A stretch of 64,000 bases of DNA from an uncultured Pseudomonadota bacterium (lineage in GTDB: Bacteria; Myxococcota_A; UBA796; SXON01), in assembly GCA_903844155.1 (NCBI GenBank), contig CAIMSU010000162.1, positions 70,845 through 134,844 of the forward strand, written 5' to 3'. The notes under the pieces are model-generated. The model was given only the letters and a program-made list of their open reading frames with translations. It was not told where the DNA came from and searched no databases. Of the stretch, positions 42,555 through 50,632 are shown piece after piece. A program made the translations under genes and the position numbers. Numbering within the stretch: the stretch's first letter is position 1; each line of letters begins with the position of its first letter.

Positions 42555-43511
42555 CTACCCGACGCTCGCGGCCACCCCGTCCTTGTGGTCCGGGTACTTC
42601 CAGACAAAACCAAGCTGTTTTTCGAGCGCGTCCGTCCGCAGCCGCAGCGACGACGTGTAGATCTTGAGGTTGTCCGAGGTGAACCGGGGCTTCCAGCCGA
42701 AGATCGTGGCGAGGCGCTCGTTGTCCTTCGCGGCGCGAAACTGGAAGACGCTCGGGATCCAGGTCGACCAGAACCGCATCGGCTTCCCGCCCGCGCGCTC
42801 AAAGACCGCCTTGTAGAATTCGCGCAGGAGCGGCGTGCTTTTTCCCGCGATGTGCACGACGGTGCCGCCCGCCTTGAACTCGGCCTTTTCGGCGATCAGC
42901 ACCAGCGCCGCAACGCAGTCGTCGATGTGGACGAGGGGGACGAGGTTCTTGCCCTCGCCGGGGAGCCAGGCTCGGCCTGCTTTCATGCGGTCGTCCGCCG
43001 TGAACCGGATGCCGCGGCCGTACACGGCGGCGATTCGAGCGACCACCAGGGGCACGCCGAGCGCGGCGAGCGCGGCCTCGGCCGCAACCTTGGACTTGCC
43101 GTACTCCGTCTGCGGGTTGGACGGAAAGTCCTCGGGCACCCAGAGCCCGCTTCGATCGCCGTAGATGGCCGCGGAGCTGGCATACACCACGCGCGTGCGG
43201 CGCCCGGCCGTGCGCAGGACGTCCGCGAGCAGCTCGGTGGCCTGCCGGTTGATGACGTCGGCCGTCTCGCGCCCCTTTCCGCGCATGCCTCCGGCGAGGT
43301 GAAAGACCACGTCCGCGCCGGCAATGCCGCGCTCCAGTGCCGCCCGATCGCTCATCGACCCGGCGATGATCTCGGCACCTGCAGAGCGGACCGCCTCCTC
43401 CTTCTCGGCGCTACGAACGAGCGCGCGCACCGCCCATCCGCGCCCCGCAAGCTCGCGCACCAGCGGGAGGCCGATCTGGCCGGAGGCGCCTGTCACAAAT
43501 GCCAGCATCAA
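42555..43511 (-). CDS. NAD-dependent epimerase/dehydratase (extended SDR)
   Basis: VTGASGQIG is a Rossmann motif and a YGKSK catalytic motif is present. Confidence 0.85.
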   Translation of the reverse strand: MMLAFVTGASGQIGLPLVRELAGRGWAVRALVRSAEKEEAVRSAGAEIIAGSMSDRAALERGIAGADVVFHLAGGMRGKGRETADVINRQATELLADVLRTAGRRTRVVYASSAAIYGDRSGLWVPEDFPSNPQTEYGKSKVAAEAALAALGVPLVVARIAAVYGRGIRFTADDRMKAGRAWLPGEGKNLVPLVHIDDCVAALVLIAEKAEFKAGGTVVHIAGKSTPLLREFYKAVFERAGGKPMRFWSTWIPSVFQFRAAKDNERLATIFGWKPRFTSDNLKIYTSSLRLRTDALEKQLGFVWKYPDHKDGVAASVG

Positions 43512-43517
43512 TACTCC

Positions 43518-43985
43518 CTAATCTTCGTCGTCGCCCGGCAGGAAGGGGTCCATCCGCAGGCGCACGCCCGTCGCCACGGAGGCCCGAACGTCGGTCAGCG
43601 AGACCTTCCGCGTGGGGAAGAGCGCCTTGCGGATCTTCGCGCCGAGCAGGGTGGCGCCGTCGAGGTTCGCGTAGTCGAGGTCCGCCTCTTCGAGATTTGC
43701 CCCGTCAAAACACACTTCCCGCAGGTTCGCCCCGAAGAAGCTGGCGCCGGTGAGCTCCGCCCCCTTGAAGCTGGAGCGGGAGACGTTGGCCTCCGCGAAC
43801 TTGGCTTGCGCGAGGTTGAGCCCGTCGAACACCAGCCCGGACACGTCCGCCCCGCGCAGGTCGGCGTCCTCAAAGCTGTCCCGCCGCCGGATCATCTCCA
43901 TGACCTGCTTGCGCGGGAGGGCCGCATCGCCGAACTCCTCGGGGTCGTGGGGCTCGGTCGGAGGGATGGACTTCTTTCGGCTCAT
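43518..43985 (-). CDS. Pentapeptide-repeat protein
   Basis: A(D/N)LxG-type pentapeptides run consecutively: ADLRGADVSGLVFDGLNLAQAKFAEANVSRSSFKGAELTGASFFGANL... Confidence 0.88.
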   Translation of the reverse strand: MSRKKSIPPTEPHDPEEFGDAALPRKQVMEMIRRRDSFEDADLRGADVSGLVFDGLNLAQAKFAEANVSRSSFKGAELTGASFFGANLREVCFDGANLEEADLDYANLDGATLLGAKIRKALFPTRKVSLTDVRASVATGVRLRMDPFLPGDDED

Positions 43986-44000
43986 GCGGGTGGGCGCTGT

Positions 44001-45086
44001 TTAGCCGGTTGGCGTGGCGGGGCGCAGATCAATTTGACTCCGTTCCGAGAACCAGGAGCGCAGCACGGCCTCGGCCGGCCGGCGGGCGGGCAGGAACGCG
44101 TCGGCGAGGTCGTCATCGTCGGCGTTCAAGTCGGTGAACCACTTCCACCAGTAGACCCCCTGGAACCACGGGCGGGCGGTCGCTGCCCTGAGGAGCGCCT
44201 CGTAGGCCCGGGCTTGGAGGCCCGGGTCGGCGGCCCCCTCGACCGAGGTGTCCCAGGGACGTTCGGTCGCACCGGCCACGGCGCGGTACCCGGCCTCGCA
44301 AAAGATGACCGGGCGACCGAGCCCTTGGAGACGGTCGAGGTGCGGGGCCCACGACGCGGCCAGCGCATCGACGGTGCCGCCGACGAGCGGGAAGTAGGCG
44401 TTGACGCCGACGGCATCGAACGCCGCCCAGTCGGTGAATGTCTCGCATTCCTCGTACCAGTTCGCCGCGTACAGGATCTGCCCGGGGTACACGCGCCTGC
44501 AGGCATCTGCCACCTTCGCCCAGGCGCCTGGGTTCTTCCGTGTCGCGGTCGCGAATTCAAGGCCTACGCACAGGCTCGTCGCCCCGCCGGCGGCCGCGAC
44601 CGTCGCGTAGTGGACGACGTAGTCGGTGTACGAGGCGAACCACGCGGGCCAGTCGGCGACGTCGATGTCGCCGTTCCCCTTGCCGCTGCCGAACGCCATG
44701 CTCCACAGGTGCGGCTTCATCATCACGCGCACACCTCGGCCCGCAGCATGTCGGCATTGCAGAAGGATGTCGTCGTCCGTCATCGTGGGGTCCCCGCCCC
44801 AGCGGATGGAGGTGGAGTCGAGCGTTGGCGTGTAGGCAAATGGGTTCAGCGCGAGATCGGTGATGCCGATGCCGACGAGGCGATCAAGCTCTGCCAGGGC
44901 GCGCGGGCTGCCGTAGCCGTGACCCCGGGCGTGGATGTGGGCGAAGTTCATCCCCCGTCGAAAATTCGCCGTCAACGCCCGCGGCTCCGATTTCCATTCC
45001 GGGCCGGGAGGCAACGGCAGGGCGTTCGCGCCACATGCCGCCGCCAACGTGGCAGCCGAGCTACCGAGAAAGTCGCGGCGTCGCAC
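44001..45086 (-). CDS. Putative secreted glycoside hydrolase (TIM-barrel, clan GH-A-like) with a Tat signal
   Basis: The start was trimmed to the GTG at 45086, giving a twin-arginine signal (VRRRDFLGSSAATLAAAC). It sits directly after the pyrD stop. GLEFAT and IFCEAGY are candidate catalytic-Glu motifs. Confidence 0.65.
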   Translation of the reverse strand: MRRRDFLGSSAATLAAACGANALPLPPGPEWKSEPRALTANFRRGMNFAHIHARGHGYGSPRALAELDRLVGIGITDLALNPFAYTPTLDSTSIRWGGDPTMTDDDILLQCRHAAGRGVRVMMKPHLWSMAFGSGKGNGDIDVADWPAWFASYTDYVVHYATVAAAGGATSLCVGLEFATATRKNPGAWAKVADACRRVYPGQILYAANWYEECETFTDWAAFDAVGVNAYFPLVGGTVDALAASWAPHLDRLQGLGRPVIFCEAGYRAVAGATERPWDTSVEGAADPGLQARAYEALLRAATARPWFQGVYWWKWFTDLNADDDDLADAFLPARRPAEAVLRSWFSERSQIDLRPATPTG

Positions 45087-45087
45087 G

Positions 45088-46125
45088 CTATTTCCCCGCG
45101 GGGACCGGCAGGCGCGCGGCGAGATCCCGGTGGATCCGGGCGACCAGACCGGGGCCCTCGTAGATGAGCGCGGTGTAGAGCTGGGTCGCAGCGCAGCCCA
45201 TCGCGAGCAGCTCGGCGACGTCGTCCGCGCAGGCGACACCGCCGACGCCGATAACCGGGATGCGGCCGCCCGTGGCCTGGAGCGCCACCCGGATTTTCGC
45301 GCGCGCCAACGCTCGCAACGGCGCGCCCGACAGTCCACCGTACTGCTCGGCCCGCGCCGTGTCGCCGGGTCGTGACAGGGTCGTGTTGGTCGCGATGATG
45401 CCGGCGCAGCCGCTCTCAATGGCAACCCCGACGGCCTCGGCGAGCGCATCGTCCTCCAGGTCCGGGGCGAGCTTCAGGAACACGGGCGTTCGGCCGGCTT
45501 CGGGCACGGCGGCGGCGAGCAGGCGTTGCAGGGGCTCTTTTTCTTGCAGCGCCCGCAGGCCCGGCGTGTTCGGGCTGGACACGTTGACGACGAAATAGTC
45601 GGCCCGATCCTTGAGCGCTTTCAGGCTGTTCAGGTAGTCGGCGACGGCGTTGTCGTTTTCAACCAGCTTGGACTTGCCGAGGTTGGCGCCGACGGGGACC
45701 TTCGGCCAGCGGCCGGAGTCCCGAAGGCGCTGCAGGGTGGCTGCGAGCGCGATGGCGCCGTTGTTGTTGAAGCCCATCCGGTTGACCAGCGCGTGCTGCT
45801 CCTTCAGGCGGAACAACCGGGGCCGCGGGTTGCCCTTTTGCGCGAGCCCGGTGACCGTGCCGACCTCCACGGCGCCGAAGCCCAGCGCTTCCCAGGTGCG
45901 GATGCCGACGCCGTCCTTGTCCAGCCCCGCGGCCAGGGCCACCGGGCCCGCGAACGTCAACGGCCCGACGGCGCAGGCGAGCCGCGGATCGGGAGTCAAG
46001 TTCGCGAGGCGGGCGAGCATTCCGGCGACCGGGAGCGTCCCGAGCACGAGCTCATGGGCCTCTTCGGGGTCGAGCCGGAAGAGCAGGGGTCGCACCACCC
46101 GGTACAGGAAGTCCAGCACGCTCAC
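45088..46125 (-). CDS. pyrD: Dihydroorotate dehydrogenase (quinone), class 2
   Basis: The N-terminus LDFLYRVVRPLLFRLDPEEAHEL is class-2 like. GFNN, NLGKSK, NVSSPNTPGLR and IGVGGV motifs are present. The start must be the GTG at 46125 or 46119, because the track start at 46209 lies inside the tRNA. Confidence 0.9.
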   Translation of the reverse strand: MSVLDFLYRVVRPLLFRLDPEEAHELVLGTLPVAGMLARLANLTPDPRLACAVGPLTFAGPVALAAGLDKDGVGIRTWEALGFGAVEVGTVTGLAQKGNPRPRLFRLKEQHALVNRMGFNNNGAIALAATLQRLRDSGRWPKVPVGANLGKSKLVENDNAVADYLNSLKALKDRADYFVVNVSSPNTPGLRALQEKEPLQRLLAAAVPEAGRTPVFLKLAPDLEDDALAEAVGVAIESGCAGIIATNTTLSRPGDTARAEQYGGLSGAPLRALARAKIRVALQATGGRIPVIGVGGVACADDVAELLAMGCAATQLYTALIYEGPGLVARIHRDLAARLPVPAGK

Positions 46126-46179
46126 CCCGCTTATCGAAAAATGACGAAGGCGGCCCGTCACCGGACCGCCTCCGCGAGG

Positions 46180-46265
46180 TGGTGCGCGAAGCGGGACTTG
46201 AACCCGCACGGGAGTTACCCCACTAGCACCTCAAACTAGCGCGTCTACCATTCCGCCACCCGCGC
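46180..46265 (-). tRNA. tRNA-Leu (anticodon GAG), CCA encoded
   Basis: GCGCGGGTGGCGGAATGGTAGACGCGCTAGTTTGAGGTGCTAGTGGGGTAACTCCCGTGCGGGTTCAAGTCCCGCTTCGCGCACCA. It has a 7-bp acceptor stem, a CTAGT/GCTAG anticodon stem with loop TTGAGGT, a long variable arm and a GCGGG-TTCAAGT-CCCGC T-arm. Confidence 0.92.
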
Positions 46266-46315
46266 AGCGCTGGCCTGCTAAACCACGCGCGGGCGGTCGT
46301 CAAGCCGGCTGTCGC

Positions 46316-46828
46316 GTGTACGATGTGAACGTGCTGCCGGTCCTGCCGCTTCTGTCCTACCTGCTCGGTTGCACCGCCGCGCACGGGTCGGCCGAGAGCG
46401 GTCCTGGGGACTCCGGGGGCGACTCGCGTGGCGATTCTCAGGTCGATTCCGGCGTTTCTTCGGACAGTGGATTCCGGGTCACCCGCCCCGCCCGGTCCCG
46501 CCCTGACGTCCACCCGTCCGGCGCGCTCGCGGTGACGAACGGCACGGACGCCGACCTGTACCGCGTCTGGCTCTACGACCCCGTGAGCGGCTTGTCGTCC
46601 TTCAAGGCCAAGGACTCCGGCTCCGGCCCGCAGCCGCTGATCCCGGTCGGCGAGGTGTTGACCTGGGCGGGTCTGCACATCGGGCCCTGGCGCGCCGCCG
46701 TAACGACCGTCGATGGGCGCTGTGCTTCGGAGAACCTTACGATCTCCGCGGGCGTCGTGACCGCGTGGACGGTCACCACGCTCCCCGGCACCTTCAGCGA
46801 CGCCAGCCAGACCTGCATCGTGCCGTGA
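46316..46828 (+). CDS. Small lipoprotein, unknown function
   Basis: The lipobox is VLPLLSYLLGC, followed by a Ser/Asp/Gly linker and a beta-rich body. Its 3' end overlaps the convergent gene by 35 nt. Confidence 0.6.
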   Translation: MYDVNVLPVLPLLSYLLGCTAAHGSAESGPGDSGGDSRGDSQVDSGVSSDSGFRVTRPARSRPDVHPSGALAVTNGTDADLYRVWLYDPVSGLSSFKAKDSGSGPQPLIPVGEVLTWAGLHIGPWRAAVTTVDGRCASENLTISAGVVTAWTVTTLPGTFSDASQTCIVP

Positions 46829-49154
46829 GGGCGCTCAGGAAAAACAGGAGGAAGGAGGCGGAGAGCGTCCCCGCCTGAGGCGCGCCGGTCGACGCGCACC
46901 CGCATCGCCGAACGCCCGTCAGCACGGCCCCGTCGGCGCTCCCCTCGACCCCGTCCAGACAGACGGCGTCCTCCGCACCCGCCTCGTCGGGCGACCCGGT
47001 CAGCGAAACGTCGTGCCAGGCGTCGGTGAGCGTGCCGGATTCGAGCAGGAGCGAGCCCTGTTTCTTCACTTTTTCGCCGAAGCTGCCGATCGCGGTGCCG
47101 TCGACAGTCACGCTCACGTCGCCGGACCCGTCGCTCCGCCCCCAGACCCGCACGACCGTTCCGCGCACGCTCCCCGTCACGGTCGCCCCCGCCGGGAGTG
47201 GCGTGCAGGTGCCGATCGCAGCGTCGCTGTCGCTGCGGGCGCGGGTGCCGTCGACGGTCAGGAAGCCGCTGTGGTCGTCGAGGCGCTCGTAGCGGCCGAA
47301 GCGCGCGAGGGTGTCGCCGGAGAGGAGCCAGGCGCCATCGTACGTACCGAGGACGAGGTCGGGGTGCGCGGCAAAATCGGGCCGCGCGGCCAGCTCGGAG
47401 ACAGCCGCGGTGAGCTGGACACCGACGTCGGTGAACGAAGCGGCCTGGTCGACGCTTTTGAGCAGACGTCCGCTCCGTGTCGCGGCAAACACGGTGTCGT
47501 CGTCGGTGGTGGTCACGGCGACGACGGGGTCTGCCGAGCCGTCGTAGACGAGCGTGGGGACGCAGTTGTCGACGGTGTAGACGCCCTCGTCGACGGTCGC
47601 GACGATGAGACGGCCGCTGGACAGCTCGGCGACGCCCTTGACCGTGCTCGCGCCTGCGTACACGGTGGTCCAGGTCCCACCGTCGTCCGTCGAGCACGCC
47701 ACATTCCCGGCCGCGATCGCGCAGATGCGCGTGGGGGTGCGAGTGAACGCGCCGACCGTCTCGGTCAGGCCCAGGCCTGCGACGGGCGCCCAGCTCACGC
47801 CCCCGTCTGGGCTGCGGGCGGCAGTGCCAGTCACGCCGAAAACGTTGGTTGGATCGGGGTCGCCGGAGAGCCAGAGCTCCCCGCCCGTACCCGCCGCGAG
47901 CCCGTGGAGCGCCGAGAACGGGGTCGTCGGCTGCGTCCAGGTCGTCGCACCATCGTCGCTGCGCCAGAGCAGGTGGTCGGCGATCGCGTAGGCGGTGTGC
48001 GGATCGTCGGGGGCGATGGCGAGCGGACCCTGGATGTTCGCCTCAGTGAGGCCGAGGCCCGGCGCGTCCCAGGTCGCCCCGCCATCGTCCGTCCGCTCGA
48101 CGCCTGCGGAGTAGCCTCCGAGCAGCACCACGCCGTCCTTTTCGACGTTCGGGGAGATCGCGACTGCGCGGATGTAGTCGGGCGGGAGCACGACGACCTT
48201 TTTCCAGGTTGCGCCACCGTCCTCGCTCGCGGAAAAACCGTCCCAGCCGGCCTGGATGAGGAGCTCGCCAGCGATGGCGAGCTCGGTGGTGGCGGCAGCG
48301 TCGCTCTGGGCGCTGCCGTTGTTCGTGAAGTCGGTGTCCATCGGGGCGGCGACGGAGGTCCAGGTCGCGCAGTCGTCCGAGGAGACGGCGGGGCCACGGC
48401 TCGCCGCGCTGGCGAGGAGCCGGAGATCATCGCTTGCAAGCGCGACGATCGCGGGGTGATCGTCGCCGGCCTCGGGCGTCGGGCCGCACGGGGCCCAGGT
48501 CGTGCCGTCCCAGCGCGAGACGGCGCCGGATCCCATGCCCGCGTAGATCGTGGAGGACGTTGCGAGCGAGGCGGTGACGGGCTCGGCGAGGGCGGGGAGG
48601 GCGACGAGGTCCGCGCCCGCGACCGTCCAGACTGCGCCGTCGACGTCGACGGCGGTGTAGCCGCCGGGGCCCCCCGAGGGGTTCGAGAACGCTGTGCCCG
48701 TCGCCATCGTCGCCAGTTCGCCGGGCTGGCCGAGGGCGACGCCGTCGTCCATCGTGATGAGGATGCCGTCACCCGCCGCGAGCCCCGTGCCGACCGCTGG
48801 AAGATCAGCGTTGGACCACGTCGCCCCGTCGTCCTCGGACCACCAGTAGTGTGTGTCTGAAAGCAGGACGAGCGTGCCGTCGTCGGTCCGGGCAGCGTCG
48901 ATGAGCAAGTCGGCGTTTGGCGGGCCGGAGACGGCGCTCCAGTTGTCACCGGCGTCGGTGCTCTCCAGGATCAACGTGCTCGATCCGGTCGCGTGGATCA
49001 GCACCCAGGGGTGGGCGTTGGCGAGCCCGGCGTCGACCGCACCCGCGAGCATGTCGTTGTGCGGGACGTGCGCTTCTGCAGTCGCGGCCACCAGGTACAG
49101 CAGCGCGACGGGCGCGCCGCTGGCCCATCGCCGGGTCAAAAAGCTTGCCCCCAA
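46794..49154 (-). CDS. BNR/Asp-box beta-propeller protein with a MYXO-CTERM tail
   Basis: The signal peptide is APVALLYLVAATAEA. There are at least 8 Asp-boxes (STDAGDNWS, SEDDGATWS, SEDGGATWK, TDDGGATWD, SDDGATTWT, SPDGGVSWA, STDDGGTWT...). The C-terminus is RRCGCASTGAPQAGTLSASFLLFFLSALTAR. The start is the TTG at 49154 or 49139 (TTGA overlap). Confidence 0.85.
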   Translation of the reverse strand: MGASFLTRRWASGAPVALLYLVAATAEAHVPHNDMLAGAVDAGLANAHPWVLIHATGSSTLILESTDAGDNWSAVSGPPNADLLIDAARTDDGTLVLLSDTHYWWSEDDGATWSNADLPAVGTGLAAGDGILITMDDGVALGQPGELATMATGTAFSNPSGGPGGYTAVDVDGAVWTVAGADLVALPALAEPVTASLATSSTIYAGMGSGAVSRWDGTTWAPCGPTPEAGDDHPAIVALASDDLRLLASAASRGPAVSSDDCATWTSVAAPMDTDFTNNGSAQSDAAATTELAIAGELLIQAGWDGFSASEDGGATWKKVVVLPPDYIRAVAISPNVEKDGVVLLGGYSAGVERTDDGGATWDAPGLGLTEANIQGPLAIAPDDPHTAYAIADHLLWRSDDGATTWTQPTTPFSALHGLAAGTGGELWLSGDPDPTNVFGVTGTAARSPDGGVSWAPVAGLGLTETVGAFTRTPTRICAIAAGNVACSTDDGGTWTTVYAGASTVKGVAELSSGRLIVATVDEGVYTVDNCVPTLVYDGSADPVVAVTTTDDDTVFAATRSGRLLKSVDQAASFTDVGVQLTAAVSELAARPDFAAHPDLVLGTYDGAWLLSGDTLARFGRYERLDDHSGFLTVDGTRARSDSDAAIGTCTPLPAGATVTGSVRGTVVRVWGRSDGSGDVSVTVDGTAIGSFGEKVKKQGSLLLESGTLTDAWHDVSLTGSPDEAGAEDAVCLDGVEGSADGAVLTGVRRCGCASTGAPQAGTLSASFLLFFLSALTARCRSGWRR

Positions 49155-50632
49155 CCAACAACGATGCCGGCGCTGACGGTGCCGTCGGGGTTTGGCACGA
49201 ACCCGACGTCGATGCGCGTGACGTTGAGGTCCGACGGCGGGAGCACCAGCCGCACCCCTCCGCCGACCGAGACATGCGCGTCGCTCAACGAGGGCGCCCA
49301 GCCCGCGCCAGGCAGCCCGCCGACGTAGGCGCTGTCGACGAAAAGCGCCCCCTGGAGTGCGCCGAAGAGGTGCTGACGGTACTCAAGCTGTGCCGCGGCC
49401 AGCAGCGGGCCCCGCCAACGCCCTGCCGGTGCCCCTCGCAGCAGGTTGGACCCGCCCGCCGACGGCAGCCGGTAGAACGGCCCGTCCGTCGACGTCTCCT
49501 CCAGCAATCGCCCGACGACACGCCCGCCGGTCGCCGCGATCGGCAGGTTCTTCCGGACGTCCACGCTGCCCATCGCGAACAGTGGCGCCCCGGCCATCCC
49601 GTCGACGTCGCCCGCCACCGAGACCCGCGCGGGCCCGGACCACGTGACGGCCGCCCAGGGCCCGCCCGCGAGGCCGCCGTCCCTGTCGAGCGCGGGCATC
49701 GGCGCCACCACCTCCGCCCGGTCCCACCGCACCTCGCCGCCGCCCTCGACCACCAACGGCCCATGCGTCGACGCAATCCCGCTGGCCGCCTGCGCCGTCT
49801 GCCAGTTGTAGCTGGTCTCCGCCGCATCCGGCCCTCGCCCCGCGCCCCAGACGTCGCCGCGCAGGTTCCCCCCGAGCGCTCGCCCGATCAGCGATCGCGT
49901 CGACGCCCGCTGGATGAAGCTGCCGGCGACCTCAAATCCGCCGAGCGAGTCGACGTCGCCGTCCAGGCTCAGCCGGTGGCCTTCAAATCCCAGGTCCGGG
50001 TCGACAAAATGGAGCCCGAAGCCGACACCCGACCCCGGCACGATGCTGATGCCGTAGCCGAGCACCCAGGTTCCGGGCCACGGGTTTGGCGAGGCGGCTC
50101 CCTTCGCTGAGTGTAGATGGGCCTTCGCGGCGGCGATTCGCGTGTCGGCAGGCGCCCAGCCGGCCAGCGGTGTGAGATCCTTCTGCACCTGCGCCGGGTG
50201 CGCACCCGCGATCCCCGGCATCCAAAGGTCATAGTCCGCCTGCGCGATGCGACACCAGTCCGCCCCCGGCCCGGCGGGACCGGAGAGCACGCGGTCACAC
50301 CGCGCGACCGCGGCGTCCAGCGGGCCCTCCAGCCAAAGTGGGCCGAGATTGCCGGAGATCGGCAGGAGTCGCACCCGGAGCATGACCGTCAACGCGTCCG
50401 CTGGCAGGCCGTCGGTGCCCTCCGTCTCGGTGCCTGCGAGCAGCGCACGCCAGATCCGCACGGCCGTCAGCCGATCGCCGGAGGCCCACTTCGCATCGGC
50501 GTCGTCGAGCTGGGCCATCGCGGGCGGGTACGGGGGCGCAGCGGGCGTGCTGTCCACGGGGATGGCCAGTGGGAGGTCGACGGGGGCGGTCTCTGCCTGC
50601 GGCGCCGGCTCGACCGGGGGGGCCGGATCCAT
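49136..50632 (-). CDS. Omp85/D15 'surface antigen'-type beta-barrel protein with a non-POTRA helical N-terminal domain
   Basis: The C-terminal half matches the barrel family pattern (GGSNLLRG, LEYRQHLFGALQGALFVDSAYVG, VGGGVRL, terminal GWGQAF). The ATG at 50632 overlaps the FAAL stop (TGATG). I see no signal peptide in any in-frame start. Confidence 0.75.
   Translation of the reverse strand: MDPAPPVEPAPQAETAPVDLPLAIPVDSTPAAPPYPPAMAQLDDADAKWASGDRLTAVRIWRALLAGTETEGTDGLPADALTVMLRVRLLPISGNLGPLWLEGPLDAAVARCDRVLSGPAGPGADWCRIAQADYDLWMPGIAGAHPAQVQKDLTPLAGWAPADTRIAAAKAHLHSAKGAASPNPWPGTWVLGYGISIVPGSGVGFGLHFVDPDLGFEGHRLSLDGDVDSLGGFEVAGSFIQRASTRSLIGRALGGNLRGDVWGAGRGPDAAETSYNWQTAQAASGIASTHGPLVVEGGGEVRWDRAEVVAPMPALDRDGGLAGGPWAAVTWSGPARVSVAGDVDGMAGAPLFAMGSVDVRKNLPIAATGGRVVGRLLEETSTDGPFYRLPSAGGSNLLRGAPAGRWRGPLLAAAQLEYRQHLFGALQGALFVDSAYVGGLPGAGWAPSLSDAHVSVGGGVRLVLPPSDLNVTRIDVGFVPNPDGTVSAGIVVGWGQAF

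Noticed and set aside
45088-46209. The track start of pyrD at 46209, and similar upstream-extended starts for mdh, ask, lepB, PLD, the 710-aa lipoprotein, ACP, FAAL and others.
   Set aside because: The extended N-termini are Arg-rich and non-homologous, run into a tRNA or the preceding gene, and hide obvious signal peptides or lipoboxes. The trimmed starts give canonical N-termini and stop/start coupling.
46180-46265. tRNA-Leu as the attachment site of a genomic island.
   Set aside because: There is no integrase, no phage or transposon gene, and I noticed no direct repeat of the tRNA 3' end elsewhere in the window. Both flanks look like native, high-GC chromosomal genes.
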